64,000 nt of DNA from Microbotryum violaceum. Its lineage: Eukaryota. The position numbers and the translations under genes are program-made. The stretch covers positions 2,433,591 through 2,497,590 of the forward strand of contig LN717261.1 of assembly GCA_001244265.2 (NCBI GenBank), given 5' to 3'. Under the pieces are notes generated by a model that worked only from the letters and a program-made list of their open reading frames with translations, did no database searches and had not been told where the DNA came from. Positions within the stretch are counted from its first letter, which is position 1; each line of letters starts with the position of its first letter. This document shows positions 1 to 12,884 of this stretch, piece after piece.

Positions 1-171
1 CCCTGGGCGCGAGGAGCCATTGTGCGGCGAGAGTTGCGGGAGGGCCGACTCGGATCGACCAGACCAGACGCAACGGTAGAGATGCACGACGTCTGAAAGA
101 AGGCCGTCGTAAGGCGTTTGTGGGTGATGCCCAGAGCAGTGAGGGGTAAGAGGGAAAGAGGGGACGAGAGG

Positions 172-298
172 GATCCCCCGGGGATGCGCTGTTTTGGCCC
201 AGCGAAGCGAAAAAAAAACCCCGTGCGAAGTCCCCCGGGGGTGCGCTGTTTCGGCTCAGCCGAAGCGAAAACATAAAATACCCTGCGAAATCCCCCCG
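172..298. repeat. ~58-bp tandem duplication carrying C-run/G-run (CCCCCGGGG) palindromes upstream of the primase-helicase gene
   Basis: tcccccggggatgcgctgttt...gaagcgaaaa...tgcgaa occurs twice, followed by a partial tccccccg. Confidence 0.8.
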
Positions 299-337
299 AT
301 CCGCTCCGCGTCACCCACGCCATCACCCAATCACCCA

Positions 338-3300
338 ATGCCTTTAGCCATTCATGCCAAGTTACAACCAGCATTGGCGTCTGCGAAAGACAAAGGACAT
401 CGAGTGTTTGCACGCGACAAATTGTACTGGCCACCAGGCACAGTGCCTGTTCCGGGCGTGAAGCAATACGTGGTCGGCACTCCACGCGAACTATATCAAC
501 GCTTGTGGGCAAGCGACTCAGCCCAAAACGAGAATTGCTACTATGAAATCATCGACGCTTCGCTGCCAAGCTGCTACTATATCGATGTCGAATTTAAGCG
601 TCCTTCAATTGACAATCCAGCCAAAATGGCGTTGTTGACGCGTAACGCAGCGTCGTATTTCCCTGGCGCTGAGCTTGAAGATGTGGTCAGCTCGGACCTT
701 GCGGTTTTGCGTTGGCAGGTCAGGAGTGCTGAGTTATCTCATTCATTGCTTTTCGTTTTCGTTGTTTTTCCACTTCAGCGCCAGCGAATAATCGCAGTTC
801 TACTCTCCACCGCGGGCACGCTGTTCGAAGAACTTTACGCGGAACGAGTTCTTACCGACCTGCTGAACAAGATTCGTGTCTCACTTCGCCGGCGTCTCGG
901 CGTCGACCTCGCGGGACGGCCAATCACCGTCCTTAGTGCTTCCACATCCTCGAAATTGTCGTTTCACATTGTCTTCCCAATCGGGATGGACTCACATCTT
1001 ACATCGTCCGCGGCACTCTCGTTCGAGCTCGCTTCAGCAATTCGCGGATTTTGCATTCAATCCTTGTCCGATATGATCAAAGACAACATACCGGATCGGA
1101 TGATCGCCATTTCGCCATCGCTCCTATTTCTGCAGCTGACAGGGCAAGGAAAGGGATCGTACGTGTTTGATCTTGTTCCTTACGGCCAACATCAGCTCTA
1201 TCGACTCGGTGGCAACTCCAAAGCGCGGCAAGGAAGACCACTCCGGCCTGTACTAATGCCAGATCAGGCGACTCGAATCATCGGTGACAACGATATGCGG
1301 TTTCGATTTAAGGACGTCTTCCCTACGTCTTCCCTACGTACACCACATGGTATCGAACATTTGTCCAGTCGGAGGGATGGATATCATCTTGAACGAGACC
1401 CACCAGCCATTCACCATCAGCTTCCACCCGGCACACCCTTGGTCAACTGACGTCGCCAATGCCGGCTGCAATATCCTGGTGCGGGCTGATGTCGGCGCAA
1501 TGGATTCCGCAACTGCGGAACGGCTTGCTGAACGTGCAAGACGTCGCAGGGACACGGACCGAGGCAACCAGGTACAGGCTCGCAGCGCTCGCAGAAGGGA
1601 AGTTGATGCAGAGGTGAATTCGCATATTCTCGAGGACACAGCGGCGATCGTACTTGCTGACGGTACCACCACCAAACAATTCAATCTGATCACGTTTGGG
1701 TCAACGGTTTACTGTCCGCGATGCGAATCCAAGGACACACCGTAGGGCCACCGAGGTATTGGAGACCCTGTACGCGCCTTTTCCGAATTCTCCATACACC
1801 TCGCGGCGGTATGCTGACCATGCAGCAATTTCTTACTCTCAGAGTGCGCGAGTTTTCCCAACCGATGCGGGCGATCGAGCCCTCCATTGCTTCAGTTGCC
1901 GATCGACGTTGTTTGCCGCCACTACCTTCAAACGTGACCCCATGGAAGTTCTGCCAAATGAACGCATCGTGTTCACTGACCCCACGTGGCGTATCAATTC
2001 TCACGGACGGACCGACCTGAGTGTTGCTGCGGGCGTTCGTCTGTTGGCAATTTCGGCCGCCACAGGGTTGGGAAAGTCGACCTTCATTCGCAGTATCCTC
2101 AACGACAGGCTGCGCGCCACTGTATGCGCAATGTCCTACCGCGAGTCCATTGCCAAGTATCAGGCTCAGGAATGGAATCTGACGAACTATAAAGAGGATG
2201 GGGCATTCACCGAGCACAATGTAGCGCGGATCTCGACCTGCATCCATTCGATTACGCGAATACCGACGCATATGGCGTACGACATTGTCGTTCTGGACGA
2301 GGCGGATGCAATTAGGATGAGTTTGGGCGATTCAACCATGGACAGGCGGTACCATTTGGTGAGTGCAAGTGCATGTCTGTAGTTCAGCAATCCAATCTGC
2401 TAACTAACTGGCGTTTTCCAGGTGTATCAACGTCTTTGCGGTATCATGCGCTCGGCATCGCTTGTCATCCTGCTGCAGTCCGACCTGTCTCAAGATGTCG
2501 TCACTTGGGCTTCCGACCTTTGCATGGTGGATGCAGAGGACCGCTCCTTCGTCCAACGATCCTGTATTATGACACCACGAAGGCTTTACCCAATGGCTTC
2601 GTCCGATGATCTTGGCGTCGTTCTTGCCCAACTTCAGCATTTCTACAAATCAAATTGGGATCCACGCCGATCTCGAGCAAGGTTCCCGACGCTCGTATTT
2701 TGTACCCAGAAAACGTTTGCAGCCTCCTTATACGCCATGTTCAAGGGCTTTTGTACGCCCGAGCAGCGCCCAGGTATTCGTCTCGTGACCCGAGATACCT
2801 GCGCCCAAGACGACTGGGTCCAAGGTTTTATCAAGGATCCGAATGCGGAAACGTCCGGAGCCGATATTGTGTTCGCCAGTCCTGTGCTCTCGGCGGGTCT
2901 TTCGCTCGACTGTCACTACACAGCGGGATTCTATTTTCTGCACAAGGGCATCATCGCACATGACGCTGAATATCAAATGACTCAGCGACTCCGACACCAG
3001 GCACGCACTGATGAAATGCATGCCTACGTATACGCCTACATCGAAAAGGGGTGCGGCGACGAAAATCTGGCGTCCAAAGAACGGCTCTCCCAAATGTACT
3101 TCTCACTTGTCAGTACCGCTCGCACGGACGCTGGCATGGGCTTGGGCCTGGGTGGTGCGGGAAGCTTTCGTTTGAAAATCCAAGCCGAGGCCGCCGCGGA
3201 ATTTGCTGATTCCCGGAATCGACACGCTTGGTTGTGGCAAGAACGGTACAATGGCCACGTACTGGTGAAGATTGGCGGTGCCGAAGTGCCCATCACGTCG

Positions 3301-4284
3301 TCGGAGGCCGAGCGGGCGAATCTTCTGGCTGTGCTCAATAAATACGTCAGGAATCGCTCCATCTGCGTGGCAAATTGGCATCTGGAAGATCCGCTTGCCG
3401 ATTTACGGGCCGTGGCAGATGGGGAGCTGCACGCGGAGGTGGCATCACAGGTCCTGTTTGAGGCCTCCATCAAGGCCGACATGTTGATGGACGCCCTCAT
3501 ACGCAGCAATCGTTTCAAGCACGACATCTTACGTGACGTGGCTGTTCGCTTGCAACATGAATGCACCGCTCACCACGCCCCATGGCTGGGGGCTTTCGCG
3601 TTCGACCGTTGGCTTTCACTGGTGCTTTTTGAGACGGGGCTCAAAAAGGACCCCTGGAAGTGGCGCAGCAAAGCGATTGGGGGCGTTTCAAGGCACGCCT
3701 CTGCCTTGGCTGGGTCAGAGCTCTTACGAGCGATGCAAAAATTCCTTTACACTGATTTCGCCATCGATGGCGATCGCGATCTCGGGATTATCGCGCCTGG
3801 CGACACGATAGACTTGTCCGAGGGCTCCGAGGATGAACGCAGGATCATGGAGTTCCGTCTGCGTTGCGCGAATCCACAAAGTGCTGAATATCGTCTGTGG
3901 AATGCGACGAACCAGAAGAAAATCGTCGCGGGGGATAAGGGCGTATATAACACAGCGTACAAGTTTATCAAGAGGGTTTATCACCTGGGTTGCGGTGTGC
4001 CGCTGCGGCGCTCCGCGGACGGCAGCGGCGCCACTTGGTCTAGCGATTATCTGAACTGCACAGTTCTTGCGTTGCTAGCCACACGCCAAGATTCCCTGAT
4101 CGAGGACTGGCATATGCTAAGGAGCTACGATCTGGACTGTGCCGTCGAGAGGGCTGAGGCAATCTTGGACGAGTGGTCACACTCGAATGTCATGCCCATG
4201 GACGTAGAGGACGTAGAGGACGTGGAGGATGAGGCTGGCGAAGGTGAAGGCGATGTCGATGAACTGCTACCGCGCCTGCAATAA
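338..4284 (+). CDS. PrimPol-like (AEP) primase-polymerase + Zn module + UL9/origin-binding-protein-like SF2 helicase fusion; spliced, with two apparent +1 frameshifts (may be a pseudogene)
   Basis: ATG 338. AEP motifs CYYEII, YYIDVEF (DxE), KLSFHIVF (SxH), VFDLVPYGQHQLYRLGGNSK; then YCPRC...HCFSC; helicase motifs AATGLGKS, SYRESIA, VLDEAD, LVFCTQKTFA, FASPVLSAGLSLD, YQMTQRLR. Probable in-frame intron 719-778; clear phase-0 intron 2359-2421 (GTGAGT...GCTAAC...CAG). Frame changes near 1330 and 1743. Stop TAA 4282-4284. Confidence 0.78.
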
Positions 4285-4350
4285 ATGATATTGATTCTTG
4301 AACTTCATTTCCGTGAACTGTCGATTGAATGACGACTGGGTAGCGGAAAT

Positions 4351-5035
4351 GGAGACGAAAATCATGCGTCGAACCTGTGATCGAGCCTCTGACCGAACGA
4401 TCGACCGAACAAATCACCGCTACACCAAGGCGTCGCCACCATCATCCTCACCACTCATGCACCTGATGCACCAGCGTGCTGTAATGGGATAAGACATTGT
4501 ACAACTCCGCGCGTACCCTGAGGATCCCCCCGGGGGGAATCTCATGAACGACACTCCGAGGGGTGTCTTGAGGCGTCCCCCGGGGGAGCATTGAGCAAAT
4601 ACCCCCGGGGGAAGCTCACAAGTCTCCCCCCGGAGTGTCGTTCATGAAATTCCCCCGGGGGACGCTTCAAGACACCCCTCGGAGTGTCGTTCATAAGATT
4701 CCCCCGGGGGAAACCACCTACCGCACATCCTCCTGCGGTACTGTTGTAATGTACCGCCTTCAGCCCCCTCCTCCACCACTCGATACACCAGCGTCCTTCG
4801 AGGGCAACAGCGAAAACCTCCTGTACTACATCGAAACCGTGCGGGTGCCGAGCTACTCCCGAGACGAAAATCATGCGTCGAGCCTGTGATTGAACCTCTG
4901 ATCGAACGAATCACGACTATACCAAGGCGTCGCCAACATCCCCACAACTCATACAGCCGTTCCTCGCACTCTATACACCAGCGTCCTGCGGGGGCAACAG
5001 CGAAAACCTCCTCTACTACATCGAAACCGTGCGGG
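4351..5035. repeat. Interleaved direct duplications downstream of the helicase gene
   Basis: gagacgaaaatcatgcgtcg...ccaaggcgtcgcca at ~4352 and ~4861; atacaccagcgtcc...catcgaaaccgtgcggg at ~4783 and ~4973. Confidence 0.8.
4522..4712. repeat. ~60-bp inverted repeat (hairpin) with five CCCCCGGGGG-type palindromes
   Basis: 4526-4587 is the near-perfect reverse complement of 4651-4710; a further palindrome lies in the spacer. Confidence 0.9.
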
Positions 5036-5089
5036 GATAGCGAGGATGACGGGACAAAATGCGGGATTGATGTAGTTGTTCTTGTAAGA

Positions 5090-7110
5090 CTAGGTTTGGC
5101 GGGGCGCTCCGCGCGCCACCTCACATTGAGAATCAGCAGTTCTGTTACTTTATTGCAGATGGCTACGGTTCTATACTGCTTCCATCTATGCGCAATCTTT
5201 GCTGACCTTGAGACCTTCGAGAGATCGCAGCGTTCACAGGCGGTGGATCCATTGGACGAAGTTGATCCTCGGGCAGTGGACGCAGTGCAATCGGTGACTG
5301 TGCGGCGACATCCACCGCAACAAAGGTGTCCAAATTCGCGCTGTAGAAGGTTTGAGCGTCACTCGGCAGCAGGTCGAGCACCATGTCGTTGATGTGATCC
5401 ACCTGCAAATTTTTGGGCGTCAGTTTTGCTCGCTCTCGGAAGTATTCGACTTTTTCGCCTATTGATATATTGTCCAGTTTGAGCGCGGGACGGGATAAAC
5501 GTGTCTGATCAACCCGGATCTGTTCCTCGTGGTCGCCGGCAGGAGAAGCTCACGTGGGAGCGCGATAGTCTTCTGTTTCGTTCGCCGACCCGTCTCCAAC
5601 TCCGAACTCCGAAAAGCCAACCTGCAAAGCCCTGTGCCTTTGCCTGTTCCGTTTCGGTCATGCGGTTTGCAGCGGCCAGAAGAGGCATGTTTGTCTGCGC
5701 TCGCACTGTGCCATTGTTAGCCTAGTATAGGGTCTAAAGGTCAGGCAAGGACTACCACTTACAGAGAGATCCCCGCAGAAGTCAACATTCATGATGCAAG
5801 CGTCGACAATTTGTGTAGGCAATGACTTGAGAATAACGGGAAGGCATTGCTTCGGATCCTCTGTGATGTCACAGTCCAACCGGTCAGTGAGTCATGCTGC
5901 CCTGCGCCTTGCTTTTGAAAGATTGGCACATACCTGCCAACACGACGGTCACTCCGCCAAACCGAGCCGTTGAGAATCTGCCATGGGATGGTGGGCCGCA
6001 ATTCACGCAATCAGAGCCTGCTTTCTTGCGTGATTCGACTATCAGTATTCTTGCTGTTGTTCATCTGTAGCAATGGCAGTGAAGACTCACATTCAGTGTT
6101 CCAATGACCCGGATTCTCAACCGTACGAAGTCATGCAGCACCCTCAACTTCCCCCCAGAAGTCAGCATTCCATGATGCAAGCGTAGACGATTTGTGCAGG
6201 TGATGACCTGGAAATTGCGGGAAGGCATCTTGAGAAAACTTGTCCCCTGTGATGTTGCAGTTCAACCGGTCAGTTAGTCATGCTGGCCTGCGCTGTGCTG
6301 TTGAAAGATTGGCACACACCTGCCAACACGACGGTCAGTCCACCAACCCGAGCCGTTGACAATTGCACATGTCAACATCCTGTCCACCAGCTGGAAACAT
6401 CGACGGTGCTTCATCGGTGCCTCGTCCCGGTCGATCAAGTCGCACATCCCAAAAAGCTCGGCGAGCTGTGCCTGTTTCGGAACGTTGCACGTAAAGTCGT
6501 CGAAGACGATGATCGGGATCTTGAACCACGATTGTGCCGTTCTGCCTTTTGGCAGTAGCAGTGCAGCAATACCCGATGATGCAACGGCAAGAGCGTATGT
6601 TCCCTCTCACAATCCGAGCAAGGACCATTTCTTCCAAGAACGTTTTGCCTGTCCCTCCCGGAGCATCAACGAAATTGACAATTTGTGAGAATAACGGGAA
6701 GGCGTTGCTTCGGATCCCTTGTGATGTTACAGTCCAACCGGTCATTAGTCATGCTGCCCTGCGTTTTGCTTTTGAAAGTTTTGCACACACCTGCCAACGT
6801 GATGGTCACCCCACCGAACCGAGTCGTTGAGGATCTGCCACGGATGGTGAGCCGCAATTCACGGAACCTGTTTTTTTTGCGTGATTCGTCCTATGGAACT
6901 ATCAGTATTCTTGCTGTTGTCCATCTGTAGCAATGGCAGTGAAGACTCACATTTTGTGTCCCATGAACCCGGATTGTCAACCGTACGAAGTCAATCCTTC
7001 CGCTGTATCACTGACGTCCAATGTCTGTTTTTTTGTATCAGTTTGTCCGTCATATCTAAGACTACACAGCCATGTCAAGGGATGACTCACACATGCAGTA
7101 TCACCAGCTG
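5090..7110 (-). mobile_element. Degenerate Helitron (Pif1 helicase fragments + 3' end)
   Basis: FVDAPGGTGKTF (6335-6745) and [14 protein letters not shown] (5163-5408); minus-strand 3' hairpin ggcgcgcggagcgcc then CTAG|T at 5090; internal repeats. Confidence 0.85.
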
Positions 7111-8232
7111 ACGGTGAAGGAACATCTCGAGGGTTGACATTCAAAAGAGGACGCGTTGAAGGAGATTTCTGCTTGGTAGGGTTCCATTAGCTTCTGAACA
7201 ATCCCACACCAAGAGCACAGTTTATGAAGTTACGTACTCGAATTCGTAGCTATGCTGCATGTGGCAGCCATTTCTTGATCCCGTATTCGTTGCAGAGCTT
7301 CCACAACGACCGCTTCAGTCGGATGTCGCGAGCTTGAGGTGGCAATGGGTAGGGTGTGAAGAGCCAGAGGAAGAAAGATGGAGGAGCCTGCGCCTCAGTT
7401 TAAACCGGGCTCATAGAATGTCGCGGAAGGCCACGGAACGTTGTGGAGTGAAGCCCAGTGTCCGCAAGGCTTGGGCCCCTAACGGCGGAATTGGCGCACT
7501 GGCCGACGCTACCCGAGGTCTGGAACTGCTTCAAAGCGTGGAGGAACGAATCTCAAGCTTGGAGGTGAAGAACTGCGGGCCCATTGCACTTGCCGTGCAA
7601 CACTGAGGCTGCCTGCTGCCGGTGCAGGTTGAATTGACAAACCAGTTTGCGCGATGTCGTGTTGATCGGTTTCGCGCTGCTGCTTCTGGCGAAGGCATCG
7701 TTGTCGCTGAGCTTCGGCGATTGTTCGAGGTTGCTGGCGGCGATGTCTGTGCGATTAGAGCGGGAGTCGGGAGGAGTCGGATTGCGCGGAGGAGCAACGC
7801 GAGCAGCTGCCGACGTCTCTGATGCCCTGCTGCTCTCTGTGAAGATTGTTGTACAGGAGACGGGATGTGAAAGCCTGCAGATGACTCTTCGGCAGTAGCA
7901 GAACTGGATGGTTGAAGGGACTACACTACGACGTGGCAAGCACGCAAAACAGGTCGTCTGGGAAGCAGAGAGTCATATGCCAGGCCGCTTTGATGGGAAA
8001 TGGAACCTTGGCGAACATAGTAGAAACGGCCTGTGGCTGGCGGACCCATTCTGAAACAGCGCTAGCTAGTTGGGACGCAGTGGACCGAGAGCCGTTACAG
8101 TATACCAAAACCGTTATGACATCACGCCACGTGGTTCCTGTTCTTTGACATTCTTTGACGTTCTTCGTCTCCCGTTCTCTGACGTTCTTTGAAGTTCTTT
8201 AGCCACACAGTTCTTGTTAGTAGTTTAGTAGA

Positions 8233-8400
8233 CTAGGTTCGGCGGCGCGCTCCGCGCGCCACCTCACATTGAAAATCAGCAGTTCTGTTACATTATTGCA
8301 GATGGCTACGGTTCTACGCTGCTTTTGCCTATGTTTTCCGAAGTTTCGTTGGAGGACTGGACAGAAGTTCCGAGTCTTCTGAGTCGGTGTCACCAACATC
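8233..8400 (-). mobile_element. Helitron 3' terminal fragment
   Basis: Same end as 5090 and 56103: reverse complement reads ggcgcgcggagcgcgccgccgaacCTAG|T. Confidence 0.85.
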
Positions 8401-11400
8401 AAGTTTGACATTCAAAGCGGAACGCTTGATTGGTGTCGTGAGCTTGGTTTCTGTTGCAACAAGGACTAAGAGGTTCTCCACGACTCAGCTCCGAGATACA
8501 CGAGTGAGATGATGAGAATAGCGTGGAGAAGGAACCCAGAAGGAAAAAAAGAAGCAAAGACAAAGATAGGCGCGCGCGCAGAATAAAGTATTAACCGACT
8601 AATAGCAATGAGTTAGGCTCTCAGACCCCACTTCTAACACTCCCACCGGTCAAAGAGACTAACGAGACCATTCCAAGTAGCGCACAAAGTTGATCAAAGC
8701 GTTGAAATCCAAAGGCTTCGTCATAATATCCGCGGCATTGACGTGGGTAGGGCAGTATTCAAGTTCGACCTCGCCAGAAGCAACCCGTTCTCGAACGAAC
8801 AAATGAGCAATGTCGAAGTGCTTGGTTCGCATGAGATTGACCGGATCTTTGGCGATCTGGATGCATGCGGCGTTGTCCTCTTGAATGATAGTAGGCTGTG
8901 CTTGTGGCATGCCGACATCACCAGCCAAACGACGGAGCCAGATTGCTTCACGAGTGGCTGAGGATGCAGAGAGGATTTCAGCTTTGGTAGTGGATGTAGT
9001 GATCATAGATTGTTGCTTCGACTGCCAGGAGATAACGCCGCCGCCAGCGAGCATTGATGCATAGGCTCCCACCGATCTGCGAGATTACGGGTCATCCGCA
9101 AACGAGGCATCGGAGTAGACCATCAATCAAGTTGTGGAACTGTTTCGATAAAGAATTCCCAAATCGATGGTGCTGTTGAGGTAGCAAAATATACGCTTGA
9201 CCGCAGCCCAATCGTCAACAGTTGGACAGGAGTTCTTTTGAGCAACGGCACGAACAGCAATCGCAATATCGGGTCGACATCGAGTGGACACGTACTGCAG
9301 GGAACCCACAGCCGATTGGTACAATGACACATCGGCAAACAGAGTAGCATCGGTTCAAAGAGAGGGGCGATCGTCCATGGGCATGACTGCACGGCGCTTG
9401 GATGGAGAAGCGAAATCGAACTTCTCGAGCATAATGCGGACATACTTGCTTTGGTGAACGAGGATGTAATCTTTGGTGCGATGAATTTCGAAGCCCAGGA
9501 AGTAGGAGACGGGTCCGAGACACTTGAGCTGGAAGGCCTTGTGAAGCGATCCGAGCTCGGAGTCCAAGAAGGACTGATTGTTGGATGCGATGAGACCGTC
9601 GTCAACATAGAGAGTGATGATAGCAAACGAAGTGCCCGAATGTTTGATGTAGAGGCAAGCATCGGCAGTTGCCCTCATGCAGCCTCGAGACACCATGAGA
9701 TCGTTGACGGCTTGATACCATTCACGGGGCACCTGTTTGGTGCCATACATGGAACCCACAAGCTTGAGGCACTTGCCAGGGGATTGAGGACGATTCCATC
9801 CTTTTGGGTATCGAACATAGACATCCTCGGTCATCTTGCCGTTGAGAAAGGCGCAGTCGAAATCGAACTGTTCGAGATACAGGCCCTGAGCAGCAGCCAA
9901 AGCAATCAAGAACAAAATCGTCGAAGAACGAGCGACAGGAGCATAGGTGTCATGCTAGTCGATGCCTGGGCGTTGAGCAAATCCTTGAGCAACGAGACGA
10001 GCTTTGAAACGAATGATCTTGCCGTTTGCATCGCGCTTGATACTGTAGACCCAGATCGTGCCAAGTACCCAAATTCCTTCGTGCCACTTGACTTCCTGAA
10101 AGACTCCATGATGATCGAATTGTAGAAGTTCTGAGACCATTGCCGCACTCCAATGGTTGCGATAGGGTGACTTCATGGCTTCCTTGAATGTCTTGGGTAT
10201 CTCAATGTCTTCTTCGGCGAACATGGCAGCACAGTAGGCATCGTAAGAAAGCTTGTCGTGGAACATAGGTGGAGTATCCAAGACATCGACCATGATAGCC
10301 GAAATGATGGGAAGTATATTTTCCGGAGGTTGAGCTCGACGACGAGAACCAGCAGGAAGGATGTTGGAAGGATCAACATTCTTGAATTGGCCAGGATTTG
10401 GACCAGTGCGAACGATGGCGTAACCTTCACAAGGAGCGAGAGCGACTTCCGCCTCACCGTCGAGTGGTTCTTCTGCGTCATGATGGTTATCAGGTCCATC
10501 GTCGAGTCCATCGTTGTCGTCATTGTCGTCATCCTTACGAGGAACGACTGCAAGATACCCCCCCCTGTTGACCAACTCCAATTGGAACCACCGGAGGAGG
10601 CTGTGGATCCGGCAAAGTTGGATCCACAACAGGTGAAGTTGGTGTAGACGGCAACACATCTGGCGGAGGATGAGGAGGATGAGGAGGTTGAGAATGATGA
10701 ACGGGATCAGAAGCGTCCGCATGATCTTGAGACGAAGTGACGACGGAAGGAGTCTCAAGGAATGTGACGTGACGCGAAACGTAGACCTGTTTCGACGATT
10801 GGACCCAGACACGGTAGTTGTATTCACCGGAGTACCCGATGAAAACTCCCTGAATGGAGCGAGGTGCAAGCTTGGAGCGACGCTCCTTGGGAATGTGGAC
10901 AAAGGCCGTAGATCCGAATGGCTGAAGATGAGCAAGACTAGGCTTCTTGCCGAGAAGAACTTCGATTGCCGTTTTTCCTTGAATACGAGGATGTGGTCAA
11001 CGATTGAGAACAAATGTCGCGACGGCCAGAGCATCTGATCAGAATCGCATGGGAAGACCGGAGTCGAGGAGCATTGATCGAACGAGACCCATGAGAGATC
11101 CATTGAGTCGCTCTACTTGACCGTTTTGCTCCGGAGTATAGGGGGCCGTGAATTCCACGATGATGCCCTGCTTTTCAAGAAGAGCCCGGAACAATGAGTT
11201 GTCGAATTCACGACCATTGTCCGATCTGACCCTCTTGATTTTCTGACCCATTTGACGCTCGGACTCGGCTTGAAATTTCGACCATGCTTCGATAATCGTC
11301 TCAGCCCTCTTGTCCTTTAGCACGATCGTCCATTTAGCCGTCGAATACTGATCCACGATAGCGAGATAGATAGTATCGCCACGGTGATTGGGATGTTTGA

Positions 11401-12577
11401 CAAACCCGAGATCGATGAAGACGCGGTAGAGTGCATGAGGCGCTTTGGTACTCTTGTTGGAGGAGGGTGATTGCTTTGACTTGGCCTGGATGCACGAGAA
11501 GCAAGAAGTAACCTTTTTGTCCTTCAGAGTGATGCCAGTGATAGCCCCGGATTTGACGGCCAAAACGATCGCCGCAGGAGATTGATGGCCCAACTTCCGA
11601 TGTGCTTCCATCAACGTACAGGTTCCAGTGAGACGATTGGCTCCTACCATTGAAGGCGGTGAGGATGACATGATAGGCTGAACGGGAGCTGCATCCATGA
11701 CAAACCCCCGACCAGGAAGCGAGCGCAGAATTGACTTGCCGCGGATGCTGAAAATGAGATTGCTTTGGGGACCAACAGCGTACGTCATCGATTCCAACAG
11801 ACGGTCGATGGAGAAAAAACCGCATTGAGCACCGGGCATGTAGTAGACACTCTTAATGGTGATACGAGCGCCATATGAGGTAAGAAACGTCACTGAGCCA
11901 TGACCGGAGATTCGATTTGAGATTGATTTGCGACAGAAATTTTGAGAGGCTCAGAGACAACGTCCGATAGGACCGACTTGTCTCCAACGCAATGGACCTT
12001 AGCACCCGAGTCAATGATCCATGGAAAACGTGGCATCGTTCGCGAATAGGAGAAAGTGTAGGTCATCAATGCAGATTCATCTACACCAATGGCAGCTACG
12101 TTCGAATTTGAGTCCGAGGAAGCGGGAGCGCTCGCATCCTTGTTCCTGCTTGGACAGAGACGCCAACCACGCTCGTGTTCTAGTGCTTTGCAGCGCGAAC
12201 AATACGACTTGGAGTAGTCCTTTTGCGCCGTGGTGGAAATACGGGCGACGAGGCTAGTATCGTCAACGATCCGAGCGGATAACGATTCCTTTTGTTTGTT
12301 TCGGGAATCAGCCATTTCGACGTTCATCAGGAGTTTGGGATAGAACGTGTTCCAATCCATGTGGATGTCGATGTCGGAGGCAAGGCTCCCAACGATCGAG
12401 TCATACTGGGCTGGGAGCGACCGAACGAGCATGCCTGCAAACAGCCAACGCGGAAGCGGAGCTCCGAGGTTCTGAAAATCGGTCATGGCGATCTTGACCT
12501 TGTTGACAAATTCCTTAAAAGGAATATCCCCAGAGTAAGGTTGCGCTAGAGTGTTGAGGAGGTCCATAGTGCGACTT

Positions 12578-12694
12578 TGTAAGGCTCGGTTGCCTTACGC
12601 TATTTAACTACCCTTCTGATTTCAATATGCATCTATTGAAATTGTCAGTCTTTTGGACTGTGTAACCTAGTCGTGAAGGGCCTGGGGTATTACA
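12578..12694. mobile_element. 117-bp solo LTR with 5-bp TSD GACTT
   Basis: Termini TGTAA...TTACA, flanked by gactt at 12573-12577 and 12695-12699; interrupts gag. Confidence 0.85.
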
Positions 12695-12884
12695 GACTTG
12701 GGCGACCGTGAGAGTGGAGACCACGGAGGGTGTCCCACATCTTGTACGCCGAGGTAAGATGAATCAAGTGAGACATCTGTTTCTCAGAGATTGAATTGGC
12801 GATGTACTTGCATGCCAAATCGTTGCGGCGGATGGCCCGTTCGCGATATTCCGCGACCTTGTCCGCAACTTGAACGCTGATGAG

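Noticed and set aside
194-337. N-terminal extension of the primase ORF from TTG 194
   Set aside because: Lies in the tandem repeat; ATG 338 is the plausible eukaryotic start.
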